Assembly: GCA_964016885.1 (NCBI GenBank)
Contig: OZ024740.1
Coordinates: 277,202,001 to 277,266,000, forward strand
Length of the DNA: 64,000 nt
Direction of reading: 5' to 3'
Source of the DNA: Eledone cirrhosa
Lineage: Eukaryota
Part shown: positions 50,531-61,900 of the stretch, one piece after another
Layout: the number at the start of each line of letters is the position of its first letter
Position numbering within the stretch: the first letter of the stretch is position 1
Made by a program: the position numbers and the translations under genes
The notes under the pieces: generated by a model
Seen by the model: only the letters and a program-made list of their open reading frames with translations
Database searches by the model: none
What the model was told of the DNA's origin: nothing

Positions 50531-50748
50531 ATAGAGAATGTAAATCAGCAGGAGGGCTCAAACGACATGCAAAATTACACGAACTCCAACCACAGCCGAC
50601 TATTCCCAGTTAATGTTTTGGTTGCCGACTCTGTGCAATACATTTTAGATCATTGGCTGGGCTAAAAAGCCACATTCGATCGCAGCGCTGTTAGTTGCTA
50701 TCGTGTGTGTGTGTGTGTGTGTGTGTGTATAGAAATGTTTGTGTGTGC

Positions 50749-50798
<50 letters not shown>

Positions 50799-51063
50799 TA
50801 TTATTGTTGTTGTTGTCGTTATTATTATTGTTGTTATTATTATTATTATTATTGACGAAAGTGGATGTACGTTTTTTGAAGCTCCGTGAGTAAGCAATTT
50901 TTGAGGATTAATTGTAGAGAATTGTTTATTTTTTGTACCGCTGAAGCATTATAAGACATTAATTTGTATCCTGTGAAGGAATAACTCATAATATTTGGGC
51001 CTTTTGGCCCAAATATTTGAACTTTATTTTGAAAAAAAATAATAATTTTTTTCTCAAAAAAAC

Positions 51064-52974
51064 ATGGCGGAGCCACGCCCCCTAGAGGCGGGTCTGCTGT
51101 CGTGCAACGGCGACTTGAGCGTTGAGAGGAGAGGTGAGGCGAGGAGCGCCACCAGCACGAATGTGAGCAGCGACAGTGCCAGCACCAACGGGCCGAGCGG
51201 CGCGGAAGGTGGTAACAGCGACAACACCAACACCAACAAGCCGAACAGCGCAGAAGGTGGTAATAGCGAGAGCACCAACAAAACGAACAGCACAGAGAGT
51301 AATAGTAGCGACAGCAGCAGCACCAACAAGGCCAACAGCACAGAAGGTAACCACGACACAGGGGAGAACAACAACAGCAATAGCAGCAGCAACACCAACA
51401 AGAACAACAACAGTGACAACACCAACAAGAACACTTTCGCTGCTGTGGCAGCGGCTAAAAGGAGACCATGCTACAGCATCGACCTAACCAACAGAGAGGA
51501 AAAGTTGGCCCAGGCCTGGAAAATCATAAATCAAGAGCAGACCTGGGCAAACTTAACTGTCCCGGCAGAAGCCATTGAGGCAGTGGAAAAAAGAACGGTG
51601 CATTTCAGATGCATCTCAGTAGAGACAAAGAGGGCAGCGATAATCGCCCAAGCTGACATAGAAGCCGCACTGAAATACATCAGAGAGGACACAGACTTCA
51701 TAGAGAGGGGCAGGCAATACGGCACCGTTTCGGTGCTGTTCAAGTCTGAAGCCCTCGCTGTGAAGCATTCAATGACCCCTTGCAAAACCAGCAAGGTCAT
51801 AATGTACCCCTCCCACATGGGAAAACGAATAGCACGTGTGCGCATTCCCAGGATTCCACCAGGACTTGATATGTGGTGGCTCCTGGGTTGCGTAATCGTG
51901 GAAGGAACGGATACAGTCCCGGTAGAGGCAACGAGAACTGCCAGGGACGACTGGTCCGGGGTTGATCTGGAGATACTGCTCCAAATCAGACCCGAAAACG
52001 TAAAAACAATCCCGGACCACATCCGCCTCCAAAACGGGAGGGTGTTGCATATAATGACTGAGGGCAAAAGGCCGCATTGTTTCCTTTGTGGGGAAACGAC
52101 ACACTTGCGAGCCTTCTGCCCTCAACTGCCGAAAAGCGCAAGGGGTCGAAAGATTCCACTGCTGGCGACGCCGGGACAAGGACCACCAGCAACACCGTCA
52201 ACAATGGAACCACCAAAATTGCACACCCAGGGGGGAAACGAGGAAAGCTCTCCCATTCCCCCTCCCCCCCAAAATACACACACGAACAAGAACATAAACA
52301 CTCACTCAGACACAAACACGCTCACAGCCACAGACCCCTCATCCTCCAGCAGTGAAGATGAGGGAAAACCAAAGTCCCCCAAAATACAAAAAACAAAACA
52401 CAAAAAAAAAAGAAATCCACAAAGCACAAACACCCCCACAAAACAAAATACACACACCACCCACACAAACATTTTCCCCACAGCATCACCAACACAACCA
52501 CCAAAATCCCCCAAACGCAAACAAGCTAAACAGACACAAGAACAAATAGACACACAAACATCAGAAACTACAGACACCCCACCCACAACAAACGCAGACA
52601 CAATAGAAACAACACTAACAAAGCTATCACCACCACAATCACACGAACAAATAAAACCCGAGCAACAAAACATTAAAAACTTCGTGCTTGCCAGAAGGGC
52701 CAACAAGGAATTGATGGCCCATGTAGCACGAAGCACAAACATCGAAAAAGACGGGGAAACATTTGAAGCGAGCACATTTCGCGTACCAGATAATTTGCTT
52801 CTGATGCGAATGTCGCTCGCTTCATACAAAGAAATTCGAAAGAGCTTTCCTCGGGATGTGGGAACCCCGAACGTAAAACCCACGTCAAGACTATTAAAGG
52901 GGTTCCCAAAAGAAACCCCACAAACCATGGAGGTCGAACCACCCGACCTTCACAAGACCCCGGAAGGTAAGTAA
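51064..52974 (+). CDS. Tx1-like ORF1p (N/S/T-rich head, probable RRM, CCHC knuckle, P/T-rich linker), 636 aa
   Basis: TFAAVAA motif, CFLCGETTHLRAFC; homologous to the T1 ORF1 pieces. Confidence 0.88.
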   Translation: MAEPRPLEAGLLSCNGDLSVERRGEARSATSTNVSSDSASTNGPSGAEGGNSDNTNTNKPNSAEGGNSESTNKTNSTESNSSDSSSTNKANSTEGNHDTGENNNSNSSSNTNKNNNSDNTNKNTFAAVAAAKRRPCYSIDLTNREEKLAQAWKIINQEQTWANLTVPAEAIEAVEKRTVHFRCISVETKRAAIIAQADIEAALKYIREDTDFIERGRQYGTVSVLFKSEALAVKHSMTPCKTSKVIMYPSHMGKRIARVRIPRIPPGLDMWWLLGCVIVEGTDTVPVEATRTARDDWSGVDLEILLQIRPENVKTIPDHIRLQNGRVLHIMTEGKRPHCFLCGETTHLRAFCPQLPKSARGRKIPLLATPGQGPPATPSTMEPPKLHTQGGNEESSPIPPPPQNTHTNKNINTHSDTNTLTATDPSSSSSEDEGKPKSPKIQKTKHKKKRNPQSTNTPTKQNTHTTHTNIFPTASPTQPPKSPKRKQAKQTQEQIDTQTSETTDTPPTTNADTIETTLTKLSPPQSHEQIKPEQQNIKNFVLARRANKELMAHVARSTNIEKDGETFEASTFRVPDNLLLMRMSLASYKEIRKSFPRDVGTPNVKPTSRLLKGFPKETPQTMEVEPPDLHKTPEGK

Positions 52975-53003
52975 ACCTTTCCTCTCCCATTCATCCTGCC
53001 AGC

Positions 53004-56000
53004 ATGGCCATAAGAGTAGGAAGTTTAAATGTTCGTGGCCTGGGGTCGCCCTGGAAGCAAGGTCACTTGCTCAACGACCTCAGGTCACTAGGAATGGATG
53101 TAATTGCCATCAGCGAGACCAGAATTTCCGACACACGCGCACTGGCGCCGATTTTCGACGATTATCAGATCTTTGCATCTGTTAGTCGGCCGGGAATGGG
53201 AGGTGGAGTGGCTGTGCTGTTTAGGAAATGTCTGGATCTCGAGGTAAGGTCAATCTTCCGGGATCCTGACGGAAAGTTGGTGGTCCTGGACGTGAGCAAT
53301 AGCGAAGGTGGTGCCTTTAGACTGGTGGCCGTCTACGCCCCTACTGGGGCCGGTCGGCCGGACTTCTTTAGGCGCCTGGAAAACTTTCTGCTTACGTCTC
53401 GCCCTTTACTGTTAATAGGGGATTGGAATGGCATCTTAGAAGCACGCTGGGATTGTGTGGGAGTATCTGATAGGAGCGGGGGGTGCAAAAGCCTCAAGTA
53501 CCTGATCAGCCAGTTTCAACTGTCTGACAGGTACCGACTAGATTTCCCTAATGCGCCAGTATGGACCTGGACCAATCGCATAGGGTCATCTAGATCGTAC
53601 ATAGATAGGATTTTCATTAGGAAAAGAGATAGAAATAGTGTAGGATGTCCACATTTTAAAACGGTTGCCTATTCAGATCACAAGCTTGTGATCTGTATGG
53701 TCGACCTAGATAAGACACGTAGGTTAGGACCTAGCTACTGGAAGCTAAACATGTCGTTTCCGGCACGTAAAGCTTACAGGGACCGGGTCAACAACTTAGT
53801 TAAGCAAAAGTTGACAGGGGGGGTTGTCAACAACAGGTGGTGGGGGGCACTCAAAAGAGAGATTAGAGCAACCTCGATAGGATTTAGCAAAGAAGTAGCA
53901 ATAGAGAAAAATAGAAAGGAGGAGGGGCTGATAGCTAAGTTAGACGAGGCTATTTGTAGTGGCATTGCAACAGACGTGCTAGCGGCGAGAATGGCACTAG
54001 ACCATTTCTTCAATGCGAAACACGAAGGTTGCATTGTCAGAGCTAAGGCGCGTGCTCTGAGGAACGAGGGAACCAAAGCTGCCCGATGGGCTCGCTTTGC
54101 AGAGACGCAGCGTGGAAATAAAACCACAATTCGGTCTTTGACGGATCGAGATGGACACGAACTGAGCGATTCCAAGCGGATGTGTGAGGCCTTTCGCCAG
54201 CACTTTGCTCGATTGTTCGGGAGGATGGGTGAGTCGGAGACGGCGGCGGACTTCAGTCCCTACCTCGACGGCTTGCCACGCCTCTCGACGGCCGACGCTG
54301 AGCGCTGCGAAGAGCCGATAACATCAGCCGAAATTCAGGACGCCCTTGTCGGCTGCTCGAGTCGCAAGTCACCCGGTTTGGATGGTCTGCCCTACGAGCT
54401 TTACGTAAATATGCCAGACTTGTTCTCCGATCTCCTCGAAGCGCTCTACTGCAACTGGCAGCAGAACGGGAGCATTCCCAGTTCTGTGAGCCGTGGCGTA
54501 GTGACGCTGATAAGGAAAGACGAGAACAAGAGGGACACACTAGATAATTTCAGGCCCATAACCCTGCTCAACACAGAGTTTAAGATTTTGGCCAAGGTGT
54601 TAGCGAAAAGGTTGGCGCTTGTCGTCAAAGATTTGGTTGGGGAGGCGCAAACTTGCGCAATCCCGACCAGGTCCATACACGACAACCTCCACCTCATGCG
54701 ATACATCATAGAGAGGGTTGGGTGCAAACCTGGCTTCGGTGGGGCTCTGATCAATTTAGATCAATCGAAAGCATTCGATAGGGTCGACCATCGGTACTTG
54801 GAGGCTGTCCTCGAGGCGGCTGGCTTCGGCCCCGTCTTCAGAAGCTGGATCGCTGCAATGTACAGCGGCATCCGCTCGGTGGTCAAAGTTAATGGCCACC
54901 TCTCGGAACCGTTTCAGATCTCTCGATCGGTCCGTCAAGGGTGCCCTCTCTCCTCACTTCTGTACGTATTGACTCTTGAGCCTCTACTGCGGAAGCTGGA
55001 GTTGTTGCAGGGCATCCCGCTCGAACCGGGACGTAGAAAGGCTGCGTCCGCTTATGCGGACGACATCACCGTGATGGTGTCGGACACCTCGGAAATCGAG
55101 GTGATCCGCACCCATTTGGAGGAATATGAAAGGTTGACGGGAGCAAAACTTAACCCGGAAAAGTCGGTGGGCTTGCAGCTCGGCACCTGGAGAGGCAAGT
55201 CCATGCCGTCCAACAGCGTCGTTGGGCGCTGGACAGACGGACCGGTAAAGTTGCTCGGGGTTTGGTTCGGACCAGACCTCCAGGTGGATAAGAATTGGGA
55301 CGAGGTGACGAGCAGGATAGCCAACCTCACCCAGAAATGGGCTGAGAGAAAGCTATCACTGAAAGGGCGGGCGGAGGTGGCGAACGCGTACATCGCGTCC
55401 GTCATCTACTACCGCCTGACCGTCGTGCCTTGCCCCCGTCCACGCCTCGCCAATTTGGAACGGCTCCTTTTCAAATTTTTGTGGAGGGGACGGGTCCCGT
55501 TGGTGAGGCGGTCCATCTGCTGCCAGCACCCTCTTCGTGGAGGGCTGGGCATGCCGTGGCTAATGATGCGCAGACATGCGCTGAGGCTGCGACATCTCCA
55601 GATATTTTGCCTAAACGGTGAACAGGTGTGGTCGCCGTTTGTTAGACGGGCCTTTCCGCAGCTCATCTCTTTGACTGAGCTGCAGTCCTGGGTCAAGAAG
55701 AGACCGAGACTGGGCGACTGGCATCTGGAATGTTGCCAGGCGCTCACTGCACTCTGCAAGGTGGGCAATGCGGTCAGTGGAACTTCCACTCAAGATTTCT
55801 ATAGAGGATTAGTGGAGGGCAAGTGCGATGACGTACTAGGAGAGGCTCTGGGCGTCAACGAAGTAGAACTGACCAGTATGTTCCGGAGGACTTTCGAGCC
55901 GGGGACGATGGATAACTTCCAGAAATCCCTCGCTTGGCAGTGCTACCGGGGGGCGCTGCCGGTTCGGGATAAACTCTACAGGCACGGAAGTGCTGTCAGA

Positions 56001-56423
56001 CGAACCTGCCCGAGATGCGCGCAGAGCGACGAAACCGTTCTGCACGCACTCGTCCAGTGTCCGTGCATTGCTGACTTGTGGGGTTATGTCGAACAGCTAT
56101 TGTCGCGTGTAGAACGGATCCGGCTATCGTCCGAGTCCATAGTGAAGATTGACCCGCCGCCTTCTTTTGGTCAGGAAGGGCAGGCAATTTTCCTCTGCCT
56201 GGTGGCAGTAGCGAAAGAGGTTGCATGGTGGACCAGGTTGAAAGGACTGAAGACAGACACTTTTCTCTTCGGCCAATCCCTCATCAACTTCTTCAAGTTT
56301 CACTTGGAAAGGAAGGTGAGGGTGGAGAGAGAAGTGCTGCCCCCCAGTACATTTACTGAAAGGTGGGTGAATGTGGCGAGAATGGCCCGCGTGAGTGGGC
56401 CTACTCTGATCATGCGCCTGTAG
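53004..56423 (+). CDS. Tx1-like ORF2p: APE endonuclease + reverse transcriptase + C-terminal Zn finger, 1139 aa
   Basis: SLNVRG, SETR, VYAP, GDWN, SYIDRIF, SDHK; KSPGLDG, NFRPITLLN, LDQSKAFDRV, RQGCPLS, AYADD; CPRC..H...C. Confidence 0.95.
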   Translation: MAIRVGSLNVRGLGSPWKQGHLLNDLRSLGMDVIAISETRISDTRALAPIFDDYQIFASVSRPGMGGGVAVLFRKCLDLEVRSIFRDPDGKLVVLDVSNSEGGAFRLVAVYAPTGAGRPDFFRRLENFLLTSRPLLLIGDWNGILEARWDCVGVSDRSGGCKSLKYLISQFQLSDRYRLDFPNAPVWTWTNRIGSSRSYIDRIFIRKRDRNSVGCPHFKTVAYSDHKLVICMVDLDKTRRLGPSYWKLNMSFPARKAYRDRVNNLVKQKLTGGVVNNRWWGALKREIRATSIGFSKEVAIEKNRKEEGLIAKLDEAICSGIATDVLAARMALDHFFNAKHEGCIVRAKARALRNEGTKAARWARFAETQRGNKTTIRSLTDRDGHELSDSKRMCEAFRQHFARLFGRMGESETAADFSPYLDGLPRLSTADAERCEEPITSAEIQDALVGCSSRKSPGLDGLPYELYVNMPDLFSDLLEALYCNWQQNGSIPSSVSRGVVTLIRKDENKRDTLDNFRPITLLNTEFKILAKVLAKRLALVVKDLVGEAQTCAIPTRSIHDNLHLMRYIIERVGCKPGFGGALINLDQSKAFDRVDHRYLEAVLEAAGFGPVFRSWIAAMYSGIRSVVKVNGHLSEPFQISRSVRQGCPLSSLLYVLTLEPLLRKLELLQGIPLEPGRRKAASAYADDITVMVSDTSEIEVIRTHLEEYERLTGAKLNPEKSVGLQLGTWRGKSMPSNSVVGRWTDGPVKLLGVWFGPDLQVDKNWDEVTSRIANLTQKWAERKLSLKGRAEVANAYIASVIYYRLTVVPCPRPRLANLERLLFKFLWRGRVPLVRRSICCQHPLRGGLGMPWLMMRRHALRLRHLQIFCLNGEQVWSPFVRRAFPQLISLTELQSWVKKRPRLGDWHLECCQALTALCKVGNAVSGTSTQDFYRGLVEGKCDDVLGEALGVNEVELTSMFRRTFEPGTMDNFQKSLAWQCYRGALPVRDKLYRHGSAVRRTCPRCAQSDETVLHALVQCPCIADLWGYVEQLLSRVERIRLSSESIVKIDPPPSFGQEGQAIFLCLVAVAKEVAWWTRLKGLKTDTFLFGQSLINFFKFHLERKVRVEREVLPPSTFTERWVNVARMARVSGPTLIMRL

Positions 56424-56701
56424 GCTGGTGAATTCGAGAAGGAGAGGGGTGCCCTTCCCGGGTGCCCTAGGAGCGTCGGGTGGCTCAGGACTGGTGGGGT
56501 GCTTGAGTCAACCCTGGGTGGTGATCCCTCTTATTGGGGAACTTTCATTGTTGTATTTTTATTGTTATTTTGTCTTTTTGTTATTTATACTTACTCGATC
56601 TCTATGTAAACCCCCACTGTCCCTGTCTATTGTGTTGTCCCCTATATGTCGGCCCTTGTGGCCAATAAATGAAATCATTATTATTATTATTGTTATTAAT
56701 A

Positions 56702-56786
<85 letters not shown>

Positions 56787-57355
56787 GAATACTATTTATA
56801 GTTATGTATATTTTAAACCATAAATAGGTAAGGTCAGTAATTTATTACTACCTTATTACCAATAAGATACATAGTTCAATGTAAGAACATTGTAAGTGAA
56901 TAAATGTTTTGAACATAGCTTTGATTCTTGTGAATTCTATATATATATATATATATATTTTTTTTTTTTTATTCTCGTGCAATGGCCATACTCGATAACG
57001 AGAGGGCAGCCATCATGTATGTATGTATGTATGTATGTGTGTGTGTAGGTAGGTTGGCCGATAAATATGTAGATAAATAGAGGTCTTAGGTAAATATATA
57101 TATATATATATATCTTTTCCTGAGTCCTGTATTTTCGTTGCTGTGGTAATGCGGCTGGACTGCCGATCGCTATATTTGATTTGCTAAGTTGTCTAAACGT
57201 ATTGTTATTACTCTGTGGTATTATTCCCATTCGCGTGCTAAAACTACATACCGAATTTGCATTCGCTAGCTTGGCCGCAAACTAAAGCTTCGTTAATGCT
57301 GAACTAAAATTTGTATATATATATATATATATACACGCACACACACACACACACA

Positions 57356-57445
<90 letters not shown>

Positions 57446-57512
57446 AAACTGTTTCTACTTTTGGCACAAGGCCTGCAATTATCCCAATGTATATATATAT
57501 ATATAACGAAAG

Positions 57513-57690
57513 AGATGTGGTAAGCAACCAGATGACCCATAACGCACCAGAATACTCAATACTTAGGGTAGTAGAGTGGGTAATAGGAAAAAGTATAACC
57601 CCGACGGCAGAGCTCAAGCCGTTTCGACGGCTATTTCTGGACTGAAATAGCCGGCGAAACGGCTTGAGCTCTGCCCTCGAGGTCGTACTT

Positions 57691-57695
<5 letters not shown>
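57513..57695 (-). mobile_element. Fold-back micro-element family P2
   Basis: Reverse-oriented homologue of 17527-17717. Confidence 0.75.
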
Positions 57696-57745
<50 letters not shown>

Positions 57746-57747
<2 letters not shown>

Positions 57748-58097
57748 GTATTTTTCGGTGCCGAAGTCGCTTCTTCCTCGAGGACGCACCCTAATTTTTA
57801 CAACCAGCCATCTGAAAAAAAAAATTGTTTCTACTTTTGGCACAAGGCCAGCAATTATCCAGTGTATTACTGGTACTTTATTTATCGACCCCATGAGGAT
57901 GAAAGGCAAAGTTAACCTCTGCGGGATTTAAACTCAGGTCATAAAGGGCCGTAACTCTTTGCTGCAAAGCATGGCGTCCGACGCTCTACTGCAAATCCAC
58001 CAAAAATAATATACAACCTTTAGGCTCCAGGACGCATGGTAGATTTTTGAGACATATTTAAAAAAAAAAGTAGCATGTTCGAAGCCGGAAAATACGG
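57746..58097. mobile_element. Tc2/pogo-like MITE interrupted by a SINE
   Basis: TIRs CCGTATTTTTCGG / CCGGAAAATACGG; minus-strand SINE at 57823-58001. Confidence 0.7.
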
Positions 58098-58179
58098 AAT
58101 ATATATATACATATATAACTTATCTATCTATTTATCTATGCGTCTCTCTATCTAAGTATCTATTAACTCATTCCTTTCT

Positions 58180-58547
58180 TTAGGTACTACTTTAGAAGAA
58201 GAATAAGAGTGGAGAGAGAGGCACTGCACCCTAATAGATTTACTGAAAGGTGGGTGAATGTAGCAAAAATGGCCCGAGTGATTGAGCCTTCTCTGTATAT
58301 AAACCTGTAGGATGAATGATGCTAGCAAAAGGAGGAAAGGAGCACTTGCACAACATGCTCCTCAAGTTGTGGGTTATTCTATCTACGGGGTATTAAACAA
58401 CCCATTCGTAACGCCCCTCCCCCCTATTGGGGTTTTCGATTGTTGAATTTGTTTGTTTCAATATTTTTACACGACTGTATGTAAAATCCCCGACAATCCC
58501 TTGTATTGTCCCCCTTTCTTGTGCGCCCTTGTGGCAAATAAAGACAT
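58180..58547 (+). mobile_element. Tx1-like 3' fragment in (TATC)n
   Basis: RRRIRVEREALHPNRFTERWVNVAKMARV..L*, gcccttgtggcaaataaagac then atatctatct. Confidence 0.8.
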
Positions 58548-58921
58548 ATATCTATCTACATACTTAATGACCAACCTACCTACCTAGTTATCTATCTATA
58601 GATATCTACGTGTCTATAGTTACTACATATGGGATATGACGATTATATTTATCTATCTTTCGACAATCCGAAGATTGATAGATGCAGAGGTAGAACAAAA
58701 TCATCAATTTTCCCGGATATATGTTTTCTTGGAATTCAAGAAAATATGCAAGAAAATTATTGTAATTTGTTTAAATGAATGTAAAATGAAATGCTGAGAT
58801 GGCAAGAGTGTCAAGAAGAAGAAGGTGCAGGATATAGCGAGGGGTCAATTATATATGTTTTTACAATAAACTCCGTCATTTTGACAGGTCATATGCTACT
58901 ACACATGCACACACCAGACAC

Positions 58922-58966
<45 letters not shown>

Positions 58967-61900
58967 CCAACGCGGAAGATGACCCTAATTCGTCGTCAGA
59001 CGAGGAGGAGCACTTCCACACAATCAAAAGAAAAAAAAGAAAACACACCTCAGACACACAAATGAAAAAAAACCCTCCCCAAAACATAACACTGACACCA
59101 ACACAAAAGAGCTCACAACAACAGCAAACAAAAAACGCCACACAAAAACAAAAACATGCATACACATACATAAATACAAGAAACAAAAAACTGTTAAACA
59201 TTGTGTACAACAACAATCTAATAAAAACACAAGGGCCTAACTTCACCCAGGCAGGGGATTTCCCCCACCTCAAAATGATTAAGGCCCCACAGGACACCTA
59301 TAAAACTTTAAAAAACAATTTTAAAGAGGACGTGGGTCCCCCCTGCGTCGGCTCCATTAACCGCGTCCTCCTAAAAACTATCCCACCCCCTCCCCAAACA
59401 CCCACACAACTCCAAGCTCCCCAACCACACAACACACTGATGCCCCCACACTTCCACAAACCACCACCCCACCCAACAACCCATCCCCCACCCTAATGGA
59501 AATTGTGCAGCCCGATACCCGGGACGCAGAGAGGTAAGTGCCTTTTCTCTTCACCACCAACATGGCTATGCTAAGAGTAGGCTGTTTAAATGCGCGTGGC
59601 CTGGGCTCAACTTGGAAGCAAGCAATGCTTCTAAATGACCTCAGGTCACAACGTATAGATGTGATGGTTATTTGCGAGGCCCGGATCAGCAACGTGCGAC
59701 AGCTGGCCCCCACCTTTGATGACTTTGAGATGCACGCATCTCTCTGTCAGCCCGGAGGTGGGGGTGGAGTTGTCGTTCTGCTGCAAAAACATCTGGGTCT
59801 CGCTACACAGATGGTACATTTTGACCCGGAGGGTCGACTAGTCGTTCTGGACCTTGGCAGTGGTAAAGGCGGAGCGTTTAGGTTGGTAGCCGCCTACGAC
59901 CCTTTCGGGTCAATGCGGCCGGACTTCTTCCATCGTCTGGAGACTTTTCTAGGGACGTCCCGCTTCTTGCTATTAGTGGGGGACTGGAATGGTATCCTAG
60001 ATGCACGCTGGGACTACGTAGGGGCCTGCCCCGATAGAGAGGGGTGTAATAGCCTCAAAGGGTTAATCGGTCGATTTGACCTGGCCGATAGATATCGACT
60101 AGATTTTCCGACTGCGCCAACCTGGACTTGGGCAAATCGTAGCGGATCATCTAGGTCGTACCTAGATAGGTTCTTAGTTAGAATTAAGGATAAGGACTTT
60201 TTAAGTTGTCCAAAAATGCGCATGGTTGGCTATTCAGACCACAAATTAGTGACCTGCATGGTCAACCTTGACAGAACTCATAGACAGGACCCCGGTTACT
60301 GGAAGCTCAACTTGTCCTTGCCGGCAAGTAGAGCCTACAGGAATCGGATTAGTACGTTAGTTAAGGAACGGTTGACTGGAGCGATCGTCAACAGCAGGTG
60401 GTGGGTATCTCTAAAGAGAGAGATTAGAGTAGTCTCGATAGAATTTAGTAAGGTTCTAGCTGCGGATAGGAATAGGAAGGAAAGGGAGCTAATAGATAGA
60501 GTAGAAGAGGCAATTAGAAGCGGCGACGTGGCCAGAGTGCTAGCGGCGAGAACGGCTTTGAGCCAGTTTTTCGACGCGAAGCACGAAAGCTGCGTTGTCC
60601 GAAGTAAAATACGTGCTCTAGGGAACGAGGGGACCAAAGCTGTTAGCTGGGCCCGCGTGACAGAGGCCAACAGTGGAACTAAATCCACCATCCGGTCTTT
60701 GCGAGACCTGGATGGACGGGCGATTCTTGAGCCTAAGCAGATGTGTGAGGCCTTTCAAAGGCACTTTGCCCGACTGTTCGGGAGGGGCGGGGAGCCGGTT
60801 GGGAACGTGGACTTCGGTCCATACCTCGACGGCCTGCCGCGCCTCTCGGACAGGGAGGCGAAGTCCTGCGAGGAGCCGATTTCGGCCGCTGAGATAGAGG
60901 ACGTGCTGAGCCAATGCGGCAAACGCAAATCCCCGGGTCTCGATGGTCTTCCTTACGAATTATATCTAGCTATGCCGGACTTGTTCCCCGATCTCCTCGA
61001 GGCGGTCTACTGCAACTGGCAACAGAACGGGAGAATTCCCTGTACTGTGACCAAGGGCGTAGTCACGCTAGTGAGGAAGGACGAGAACAAGGGGGACGAA
61101 ATAAGTAACTTCAGGCCCATAACTTTGCTAAATACAGAGTTACAGATTTTGGCCAAGGTGCTAGCAAAGAGGTTAGCGCTTGTCGTGGGCAACCTGGTGG
61201 GAGATGCGCAGACATGCGCTATCCCGTCCAGGTCCATCCATGACAACCTCCACCTCATGCGATACATCATAGAGAGGGTTGGGAACGAACCCGGCTTTGG
61301 TGGGGCTCTGATTAACTTGGATCAATCTAAGGCGTTCGATAGGGTCGACCATGGTTACCTGGATGCGGTGCTAGCGGCGGCAGGCTTCGGACCCGTTTTC
61401 AGGGGCTGGATCACTGCTATGCACAGCAGCCGCATCTGCTCTAGGGTCAAGGTGAACGGCTACCTCTCGGAGCCGTTCAAAATCGCGCGGTCCATCCGAC
61501 AAGGGTGCCCTCTCTCCTCCCTTCTGTATGTGTTGACTCTCGATCCACTACTGCGGAAGTTGGAGTTGTTGCAGGGCATCCCTTTGGAACCGGGATTGCG
61601 GAAAGCGGTGTCGGCCTACGCCGATGACGTGACAGTAATGGTGTCGACGGCCTCCGAAATCGAGGCGGTCGGCACCTTACTGGAGGAGTACGAAAAGTTC
61701 ACAGGGGCTAAGCTGAACCGGGACAAGTCGATCGGTTTGCAACTCGGCACGTGGAGGGGCAGACCTATGCCCTCCGATGGCGTCGTCGGACGCTGGACGG
61801 AGGGCCCGGTGAAGTTGCTCGGGGTCTGGTTCGGACCGGACCTCCAGGTGGAGAAAAACTGGGCGGAGGTTACGAATAGGGTGTTTGCACTGACCCAGAA

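Larger units (their letters stand above)
50854..56676 (+). mobile_element. Intact full-length Tx1/L1-clade LINE (T2) in (TTA)n
   Basis: 5'UTR, ORF1, 29-nt spacer, ORF2, 3'UTR ending gcccttgtggccaataaatgaaatc; (ATT)n on both sides. Confidence 0.93.

Noticed and set aside
52967-53002. 36-nt mini-intron fusing ORF1 to ORF2
   Set aside because: Splicing to the CAG at 53002 is out of frame with ORF2, the intron is very short, and T1 and T3 have CAA there
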